A stretch of DNA of 63,376 bases, the filler included, from Aduncisulcus paluster (lineage: Eukaryota), in the NCBI GenBank assembly GCA_024181965.1. It is 5 parts of 5 records of this genome, joined end to end, with 100 filler letters (N's around TTAATTAATTAA, not from the genome) between each part and the next. Parts side by side here need not be neighbours in the genome. Positions count along the whole stretch, not along the records: positions 36,985 to 61,930 come from BQXS01011048.1; positions 62,031 to 63,376 come from BQXS01011241.1; 3 more parts are not named here. One strand, written 5' to 3'. Below, one piece after another: positions 55,404-63,376 of the stretch (positions are counted from its first letter, which is position 1; the number at the start of each line of letters is the position of its first letter). The notes under the pieces are model-generated. The model made no database searches. It was not told where the DNA came from and was given only the letters and a program-made list of their open reading frames with translations. The translations under genes and the position numbers were made by a program.

Positions 55404-56564
55404 TTAAAATCCATCGTCATCACCTGCCCACCCTGTATGTTTTGACAATAACGAATCAGTTTCTCTCTCTTCTTGCTCTTCTCCTTCCTCGAGTATTTCT
55501 GCTGCTTTCCCCTTGTCTTCTCCATCTCCCTCTTCTCCTTGTTCTTCCTCTTCGCCATCGATGAGGAGGAAATCCTGCAATCCATATCCTCCACACTCTC
55601 CAAGATACTGGCATTCCGACTGCACATTCTCCCAAAGATATTCCATTTCCTCACCCTTTTTGTCTCCTAATAGACCCAACAAATAGCCTAGGCTTTTATC
55701 ACAGAGGGAAAGGACAAGGATATGCGATTTGGAGGAAAACAGAGAAAATGGAATGAATGAAACAAGACTGAATTCCGCCATTGTATTCCGGACAATAGCC
55801 CCTAATTTATCATGCTTAAACTTATTATAGCTGTGGGCTGATGATCGATGCTCATCGTCATCTTCTTGATCTTCTTCAAAATCATACAGATCGTCCTCGT
55901 ATACTTCTTGGGGAGGAAATAAAACATCACACAAACTCCTAAAACGCTCTGAACGTTCTCGGTCGCCAGATTTTGGGAATCCAATGTCGATTTTGGATAT
56001 AATATTGACCGAAGGAAGTTCTAAAGATATCATATGAGAAAGAGAGAGCATATACATAGAATATTCCTGATATCTATCAGAAAGGAGCGTAGAATCACAC
56101 AAATGGACGGACAATAATGATAACGGCGCTGAATATTTATCAATAAAAAATTTCTTTATATTTTTAATAATTCTTTGGAGATATGTCGAACATGTGTAGA
56201 CTTCCACTTGTCCGGGGAAATCAAACAAAAAATAGCATCCTTTTTTAAATTTTTTATGTTTTAACATAGATTCAAGGATATCAAACAAAAAAGTCATATG
56301 ATTTGAAAAGTATTCAAGGCAATACATCAAGGCTCCATTGGGTCCTAGATGCTTATCTTTCATGACCTTTTCAACTGAAATAAAGTCAATTATATTAATA
56401 TCAAAGTGAAGCTCCGTTTCATTTGCAGGATCAAGATTGATTTGAAGACTTGGACGATGAATGTTTTTAAAAAATGTTTTAAACGATTTAATATACGATG
56501 TTTTTCCTGCTCCCGGAGGTCCAATAACAAATTGTCCAAAAAAATGTCTTTCTTCCTCTGTCAT
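55404..56564 (-). CDS. GPN2: GPN-loop GTPase 2
   Basis: FGQFVIGPPGAGKT, INLDPAN, LGPNGALMYC, FDFPGQVE, LELPSVNIISKID. Confidence 0.92.
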   Translation of the reverse strand: MTEEERHFFGQFVIGPPGAGKTSYIKSFKTFFKNIHRPSLQINLDPANETELHFDINIIDFISVEKVMKDKHLGPNGALMYCLEYFSNHMTFLFDILESMLKHKKFKKGCYFLFDFPGQVEVYTCSTYLQRIIKNIKKFFIDKYSAPLSLLSVHLCDSTLLSDRYQEYSMYMLSLSHMISLELPSVNIISKIDIGFPKSGDRERSERFRSLCDVLFPPQEVYEDDLYDFEEDQEDDDEHRSSAHSYNKFKHDKLGAIVRNTMAEFSLVSFIPFSLFSSKSHILVLSLCDKSLGYLLGLLGDKKGEEMEYLWENVQSECQYLGECGGYGLQDFLLIDGEEEEQGEEGDGEDKGKAAEILEEGEEQEERETDSLLSKHTGWAGDDDGF

Positions 56565-56778
56565 TTTCAATGTCCCCCTCAGAAAGCATCGATTTCAGAT
56601 TTTGAAATTGAAATCCGACTTTGTCAAGTGATCGATCTGAATTAAAGGCAATAAAATAATCAATTTATCGGTGATATCAAATTTTAAAAATGCTAAAAGG
56701 CATTAGGATAAGTAATACCCACAGCAACAAATCTTCCGCTTTTTCCGAACATTGATATAAAATCGAACATACTAAGCA

Positions 56779-57462
56779 ATGCCAACAACTATTTTTGGTG
56801 GTTCTCATAATTATAATAAGATGCCAGCAACTCTAATCTTGATTTTTTTAGGAGGAGTGGTGTCTGTTCTTCCAAACATATTTAGCTGTGTTTCATATTT
56901 AGAATTAGTTCCAAATAGAGTATTAGATAAAGATATATGGCGTTTGGCGGTTTCATTATTTGTATCATCATCACCCCTTCTATTTGCCACATATTTGTTT
57001 GTCTTCATTATTACTCGTCATTTAGAAGTATTGATCTCAACATCTCAATTTATCTGGTCACATATCATAAATTGGATTCTTGCAACAGGGCTTATATTTA
57101 TTATCACCGTCTATATCCCATCTACAAAAGATATTTATATCTCCTCCATGCCTCTTGAGGTTTTATGGTACCAATATATCGTATATTCAAAATATGAAGC
57201 TGTTTTGCATCCCATTCGTTTCTCTCTTCTCCCATTTGGCCAAGTTCTTGCCAGCAAGACAACTGTTGTTCTTCCAGCAAGATTTCCTGCTCTCATAATG
57301 ATAATTCAAGCTACTCTCTATCGTTGTGATCTACAATCATTTATATGTGCTGGAGTTGGGATGGTTATTGGATTCTTATATATTATAAAGACACCTTTGA
57401 TTTTTCCTAGATTTCTCCCACTATTATCAAAGGGACGGGGGCGAGAAGGTGAGGTAAATTAA
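56779..57462 (+). CDS. Rhomboid/Derlin-like multi-pass membrane protein (probable pseudoprotease)
   Basis: L.P..V....IWRL motif after TM1; several TM helices; no GxSG catalytic motif. Confidence 0.7.
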   Translation: MPTTIFGGSHNYNKMPATLILIFLGGVVSVLPNIFSCVSYLELVPNRVLDKDIWRLAVSLFVSSSPLLFATYLFVFIITRHLEVLISTSQFIWSHIINWILATGLIFIITVYIPSTKDIYISSMPLEVLWYQYIVYSKYEAVLHPIRFSLLPFGQVLASKTTVVLPARFPALIMIIQATLYRCDLQSFICAGVGMVIGFLYIIKTPLIFPRFLPLLSKGRGREGEVN

Positions 57463-57578
57463 TTGTTATATTTTTAAATTATGTTTTATCCATCAATAAA
57501 TTCGATTTATCATCGATGGTTTTTAACTATTCAGCTTCAAAATTAAAATCATGATTCTTGAACGCTCTTTACAAAAAA

Positions 57579-58786
57579 ATGAAGTGTGAATCATGCAAAA
57601 TTGCACCTCCATCGATTAAACAACCTTCTACTGGAAAAAAATTGTGCAAAAAATGTTTTATTCGTGATTTTGAAGAGAATGTTCACAATCTCATCGTATC
57701 TGATAATATTTTTCCTTCAAAAGGAGAACACGTTGCTATTGGTGTATCAGGAGGCAAAGGTATGTTGTTATTATTCTCCATCTTATCTATTGTAGCTGTT
57801 GTTTGGTGACTTATAAAAATCGTATATTTCAAAATTACTAATTTTTAGATTCAACTGTTCTATTACATGTATTACATACATTAAATGAAAGATATTCTTA
57901 TGGTCTAAATCTTCATATGGTTGCTGTTGATGAAGGGATCTCTGGATATCGAGATGAATCTCTCGATTGCGTCAAATATAATCAAAAGAAATATTCCCTC
58001 CCTCTCGTCATTGTTTCATTTAAAGATTTATTTTCCAGTTCTCTTGATAGTATTGTCTCCAGAGGAGGAGATGTTGTTCGGACCCAGAGTTGTACGTATT
58101 GTGGTATATTGAGAAGGAGAGCCCTTGAAGAAGGGACCAAGCGAGCTGGATGTTCTGTTATTGCAACAGGACACAATGCAGATGATGTTGCTGAGACTGT
58201 TTTGATGAACTTTATGCGTGGAGATGTGAAACGGTTGGCACGTTGCTCAAACTCAAGAACTGGAACAAGTGAGGTCTCTCGTGATGAAGATGACGATGAT
58301 ATTGAGGATGGTGGGTGTGGGAAATGTCCAGCAAGGAAATCGGAACAACAACAGAAATCGGTTTCTTTGGCAACAATTCCCCGTGTCAAACCTTTTAAGA
58401 CTTCTTACCAGAAAGAAATTGTATTGTATGCTCATTTCAGTGGACTAAAATACTTTTCAACCGAGTGTCCATACGCTGTTACAGCTTTCAGAGGGTATGC
58501 TCGTGTTGCTCTACAGCGTATTCAGAGGTTTAGAAGTCCCTGTGTTCTTGATACAATTCATGGAATGGATACCATAGCATCTGCAGCTGCTATTACTCCC
58601 GATAGAGCTGAAAGAGGGAAGAAATCAAAGAAAAAGTCGATGCCAAGCTCTGTTCCGTGTGTTTTCTGCGGTGCTCGTTGCACGAATGGAGTTTGTCAGA
58701 CCTGCGTTATCGCTGAATGTGTGAAACGTGAGAATTATGATGTAAAAGCTGTTAGAAAACAACTTGAGAAAGAATGCATCGTTTAA
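57579..58786 (+). CDS. CTU1: Cytoplasmic tRNA 2-thiolation protein 1; intron 57760..57848
   Basis: CESC/CKKC zinc fingers; GVSGGK|DSTVL PP-loop after splicing an 89-nt intron; VDEGISGYRD; CTYCGILRR; TGHNADD.AET; YFSTECPY; C-terminal CxxC pairs. Confidence 0.96.
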
Positions 58787-59576
58787 GGTTTTTGTCGAAA
58801 TTGTTGTTTTATTTATTTTGTTCAAATCTAGTTTATTCAACTATAGTAATAATAATTCTGATCTTAATTGGTTGTTTCCTCCAGGTTTACTATAAAGATA
58901 ACTTATCTAATCCTGAAGATTATCTTATTAACATAATTTCATGTTCATCTCAGACTGAGATTCTCAGTGTAATCGTACAATACATAAAATGATGGGATCA
59001 TCCCATATCAGCCATGATGATCATTCGAACAATGTGAAATGGGGGGAACTCGGCGTGATATTTATCAAATGGTCTGAATATCCGAAACACGACTGAACAA
59101 CAGACAACAACAATCATCACTGTGGATTTGTTCATTATAATTAGTATCATTTCGTTCCTCTACCTTCTCTGTTGCAATAAACTGCTTTTACTTCAAATAC
59201 AACAATCATTACAAATTGTACAATAGTGCCATTTTCGGTACTAGTTGAAAGCGATACTCTTGAAAATAACATTTTTGGAAGATATACAGACAAATGGATG
59301 GTTATTTCTGGTAATATTTCTTAACCAATATGAGAACCTGATTTGGATGGTTATCTCGCGTAAATTAGGTTTACTCAATGCATACTGTGACTAAAATTAT
59401 TAATTTCGATTCATTTAACAATTATAATTGTTAAATGATATTTTAAATGTGAATCTTCAGCAGTTCTCATCTTCCGGCACAATCATAATGTCAATACTGA
59501 TATTAAATTTTTTATCAACTTCCTGTCAGTATTATTTTCTTTATCGTTTGAGGTCTTTAGTCACTTAATATTAAAG

Positions 59577-60995
59577 ATGGGTATTTTCGAGCCATCCCCA
59601 GAACAAAAGCCACGGCCCATTTCCTTTCATCATTCTGACAATTCCGTACATTTAGTGAAAGATACTCCTTCCAAACCCATCAAAAAAACAACTGCATCTG
59701 ATTTTGTGAGAATAGTTCCCTCCTCATCGAACCATCTTCAACCTCCTCATTTACCATTAGGAATAAGATCTTCAACATATATTGATGAATTTTCCCCGCA
59801 TATTGAAATGCCATTAGAGTGTGTCCGTTCTGAAGTCAGTGAGTCTTCTCTTGATTATTCTCCTCTTCAAGTCAAATTAAATCTGACTATGAACATCAAT
59901 GAAACCCAATCGTCCCAATCTACCTCCACTACCCCTTTAAAACCAACTTGTAATGAACCTGGACGTGCTGCTGCATCATTCGTCTCCACTGTTATTGCTT
60001 ATATTGCCTTGTTCCTTGGTAGTATTCTTTTGGCTGGTGTTGCTGTTATCTCAAATGCAATGAGAGGTAAGATTCATATGGTTTCAATGCTATTTTTTCG
60101 TGATTTCTTTGGTTTCATTGCGAACATTCCCCTCTATATCTTCCGTCCAAGACAGAAAGGTATCGAAGTTTTTGATCCTGAGAGTGGTGTGAAACGTATT
60201 GAAGGTGCTGAACCAATAATAAGACTTCCGCCCAGATCCACAATCCCTCATCTTTTTCTCCTCTCTGTTTCTGCACTTATTGTTATGCTTTCATTCGTTA
60301 TTGCTGCCTCTGAGACCAGTGTCACCATGAGTGGAATTGTCAATGCTGTCAGTCCTGTGATCACTGCAGCCATGGCTATTGTCCTTGGTTATGAGAAAGG
60401 ATCATTCCTCATATTCTTCTCTGTTGTCGTCGGTGTTGCCGGCTCTGTCATTAGTCTTGGAGAGATATTCTTTACGTCTGGCTCTTCTTCCGGCTCATCT
60501 ACATCCGCCATTGGCCTTATCGCGCTTGGTGTTTACATTGTGTCGTGTGTTGTGTACTACTTGTACTCTCCTGGTATTTACTCCAAAGCTAAGATACACG
60601 CATTCGAGGTGACCTTCTGGGTCTACGCTGGAGGAATGGCTATGTCAGCGATACTTATTGGATTGGTTTGCAGGGACACTTTTCTCTCTCAGTGCAAAGC
60701 TTTTGGACCGAAGGATTGGCTCATGCTCATTGGAATTGGTGCACTCGGGACAACAGGATTGTGGGGAGCTCAAGCATATGCATCAGATATCCTTCGCTCG
60801 CCAACAATAGTCCATGGATCCTGTATGCTTAGTGTTGTCATCAACATGCTCAGTGATATGATTATTATGGGTCAATCCCCTTCCATTTGGGAGTTGGGTG
60901 GTGGAGGGATTGTGATGGTTGGTGTTATATTATTGGTAATTGGGAAAATACGCATTCAGAAGAAAGATGATGTTAAGGGCTCCTCCACAAAATAA
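59577..60995 (+). CDS. EamA/DMT-superfamily transporter
   Basis: About 10 TM helices after a soluble N-terminus; FFRD, SPVITAAMAIVLGYEK, WELGGGGIVMVGV. Confidence 0.85.
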   Translation: MGIFEPSPEQKPRPISFHHSDNSVHLVKDTPSKPIKKTTASDFVRIVPSSSNHLQPPHLPLGIRSSTYIDEFSPHIEMPLECVRSEVSESSLDYSPLQVKLNLTMNINETQSSQSTSTTPLKPTCNEPGRAAASFVSTVIAYIALFLGSILLAGVAVISNAMRGKIHMVSMLFFRDFFGFIANIPLYIFRPRQKGIEVFDPESGVKRIEGAEPIIRLPPRSTIPHLFLLSVSALIVMLSFVIAASETSVTMSGIVNAVSPVITAAMAIVLGYEKGSFLIFFSVVVGVAGSVISLGEIFFTSGSSSGSSTSAIGLIALGVYIVSCVVYYLYSPGIYSKAKIHAFEVTFWVYAGGMAMSAILIGLVCRDTFLSQCKAFGPKDWLMLIGIGALGTTGLWGAQAYASDILRSPTIVHGSCMLSVVINMLSDMIIMGQSPSIWELGGGGIVMVGVILLVIGKIRIQKKDDVKGSSTK

Positions 60996-61545
60996 CCATT
61001 CTCCCGATGTAATTCTGACCATTCTTCATATTTATATATTTGAATCCCTGTTTTTTGGCCTGTTATTCTAAGTTAAGTTTATATTATATGTTTCGATGTA
61101 TTTGACTATCACTTTGATTATTCGAATATATCGTGAATAGAGGTTGTTACAACAATAATTTTCCAATAAATCCATTATTTTTTGAATGAAATGTTGATTG
61201 AACCGATTCAATTTCGAAAATTAATAAAATTTCATTCTAGAGGATCTATCCACGATACAGCCATTAACTATGTGCCAACATGCCTTATACTCAAAATAAT
61301 AACGTTTCAAAGACTTTCATTAAATCCTATTTCCCTCTTTCCCATCCAAAAGAGGTGTTTGAAAAATCTAATCACAAGGATGAACCCAAACACAAATATA
61401 AAATCATTATTTACAATTACCATTATTTTTAAACACATTTCACATTTATCATACTTATACACATTGGAAAAGTGAGCAGATAGCGCATGGTGGTCGTTTT
61501 TCCTTGTTCATAAGCAAACCTGTATAGTAACTATAGTTGTAAAAA

Positions 61546-61930
61546 ATGGGGGGAGGAATGAGTAAGACAGAAAACATGATCCAACATGAAGAAGAAGTCG
61601 TTACAGAATGTAAGGCTAAATCTTCTCACAAACCCGTCTATGATATTGAAAAACTGGGAATACGCGTCATTTTCTTGGGAAATTCAGGAGTTGGAAAAAC
61701 ATGTGTTCTAGAAAGATATCAATCCGACAGGTTTTTCAGCACTTTCGGATCAACTGCTGGTGTGGAAACGTACATAAGGAAAGAAAAAATGGATGGCAAG
61801 GATGTTACCATTACATTTTATGATTCAGGAGGCCAAGAGAAGTTCAGAGCTATCGTTAGAAGTTACTATCGTAAATCTCGTGGTGCTGTTCTAGTTTATG
61901 ATATTACTGATCGGAAGTCTTTCTTGGATC
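61546..61930 (+). CDS. Rab-like small GTPase with N-terminal extension; 3' truncated by gap
   Basis: LGNSGVGKT, STAGVE, YDSGGQEKFRAIVRSYYR, LVYDITDRKSF. Confidence 0.9.
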
Positions 61931-62182
61931 NNNNNNNNNNNNNNNNNNNNNNNNNNNNNNNNNNNNNNNNNNNNTTAATTAATTAANNNNNNNNNNNNNN
62001 NNNNNNNNNNNNNNNNNNNNNNNNNNNNNNTCATAGTTGCAAGGTGCAAAGCGTAGGCAGATACTTTACCTTCACTTCAAATTATTTTCAGGATAACATG
62101 TGATGCTTGAAGATAAAGGTGATGTATTTACCAATTCCTATTTTCGTGGGATGGCCTATCAAAGGATCTCTTCGCCATGTTG

Positions 62183-62220
62183 TCAAAAACGAGAGGCTCA
62201 CCATACAGATTTGGAGTTTC
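62183..62220 (+). repeat. Second copy of the GAGGCTCACCATACA non-coding element
   Basis: Matches 29945-29983. Confidence 0.75.
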
Positions 62221-62481
62221 ATTTAATTGAGCATTTATTTGTTTAAATGGCTTAAGACTCTTCTTTCAACAAGGATTTTTATTATTTTTTTGTCAGATAA
62301 TGAGTCCTGCAGGAGCAGAAACTTCAAGTTGAGTGTCACACTAAAAAACGGTTTTTTTTTTATAGCGGTATTTTAGGGAGTAGCACAATAAATACTCTCG
62401 AGAGTGGATTCTGTCTTGGAATGATCAACCACCTACTAATAAATTTTGGAAAAAAAAATATTCGGACTCTTTTTTTGAATT

Positions 62482-63376
62482 TTATTTTCCTGTCGAATCT
62501 GATATACACAAGGAATCTGGCTGAGAATCTGATGGTGTTCTCATGAAAGATGTTATCGATGGAAGGATTGCATCAGAATGATTTGTTCCAGGTGATGATA
62601 ATTGGTCATTTTTGGACATGAATTTGAATAATTCATGTAACTGAGATGGATGTTGGACTTGTTCAAGTTCCTCATGGTGCCCACTAAAAGAAGAAGCCGT
62701 CTGTGGTTCATCGAATTCTTGAGTGATTCCAGATACGTTGGCGATATCCACACCCTCATCGAATTCCAAACAGGCATGATCCTCGAGGTAAAGAGCCTGT
62801 CTACGTTTGATATCATCTTGGTCAGACATATGGATAGACATGTCAAAGAACAAACCTTGATCATCTCCTTCACGTTCTTCATGAACTGAGGAAATATCGG
62901 AAGCAATCTGAGATTCAGAAATAATATCTTTGTGGTGAGAATCTTCCTCCTCAACTTCTTTCGTCCATTTCCTTGGTTCAACACTCTTTTTCTTAAGCGT
63001 TGAGTCAAGCATCTGAATTGATTTGACTTTGTTTTGTTCACGTAATGCAGCTCTTCCTCGACTTTGGGCTTTCTTCTCCGCCCTTAGAAGCTCCGAGTTC
63101 TTTTCCCTTAGTAATCCTGCCCTGACATCATCAATCAGTTGAACATCATGCGATTCACCTCCCTTGTACACTTGTGATACTCTCGTTGAGTCAGGACGTT
63201 TGAATGATCGAGATATCCCACCCATGACATGAGCTTGGTCATGAGTTGTTGAGACAAACGATAAATTATGTCTTGGATGACAACGCTCCCTGTCGTATGT
63301 TGTCAGTGCAGAAACACCTTTCTTCATGGATACAAAGGCATCATCCTCGAGGTAAAGAGCTTGTTTCTGTTTGATA
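62482..63376 (-). CDS. 3' part of a hypothetical protein with an internal repeat (5' end outside the window)
   Basis: Frame open to the window edge; IKQKQALYLEDDA (63336-63376) repeats as IKRRQALYLEDHA (62772-62812). Confidence 0.75.
   Translation of the reverse strand, partial: IKQKQALYLEDDAFVSMKKGVSALTTYDRERCHPRHNLSFVSTTHDQAHVMGGISRSFKRPDSTRVSQVYKGGESHDVQLIDDVRAGLLREKNSELLRAEKKAQSRGRAALREQNKVKSIQMLDSTLKKKSVEPRKWTKEVEEEDSHHKDIISESQIASDISSVHEEREGDDQGLFFDMSIHMSDQDDIKRRQALYLEDHACLEFDEGVDIANVSGITQEFDEPQTASSFSGHHEELEQVQHPSQLHELFKFMSKNDQLSSPGTNHSDAILPSITSFMRTPSDSQPDSLCISDSTGK

Noticed and set aside
59013-59078. C/D box snoRNA (ATGATGA...CTGA about 60 nt apart)
   Set aside because: No convincing terminal stem and no rRNA-complementary guide that I could recognise; these boxes are common by chance. 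A snoscan run would be needed.
62370-62380. TTTTAGGG as a telomeric seed or telomerase template
   Set aside because: Single occurrence, expected by chance.

Overview
This is a gene-dense, intron-poor eukaryotic (protist) scaffold window, not prokaryotic. It carries about 30 protein-coding loci with short AT-rich spacers and short GTATGT...AG introns, and it uses the standard genetic code. Gene content (tubulin glycylase, axonemal dynein light chain, NEK kinase) and the repeated 'PIPRD' domain-kinase family suggest a free-living fornicate such as Aduncisulcus (Carpediemonas-like); this is my inference and was not searched. Recognisable genes: IRE1, a NEK1-like kinase, a divergent SMC, TTLL3/8, cytosolic TrpRS, SMPDL3-like phosphodiesterase, N6AMT1/Mtq2, a TLDc protein, DNAL4, PPME1, GPN2, a rhomboid-like protein, CTU1, an EamA/DMT transporter and a Rab-like GTPase. 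Assembly artefacts are prominent. Seven 20-N gaps are flanked by duplicated sequence, and four 100-nt N/TTAATTAATTAA linkers make adjacency across them uncertain. The most striking biology is: (1) a dispersed head-to-head cassette, present twice in inverted orientation, encoding tandem beta-sandwich-like domains with a conserved framework and hypervariable aromatic-rich loops, fused to a kinase in one copy; (2) a roughly 4.9 kb RRM-like/coiled-coil/kinase locus that is continuous except for one +1 frame change and one in-frame TAG inside the kinase domain; (3) a complete IRE1; (4) several recurring non-coding motifs. I recognised no rRNA, tRNA, CRISPR array or transposase.
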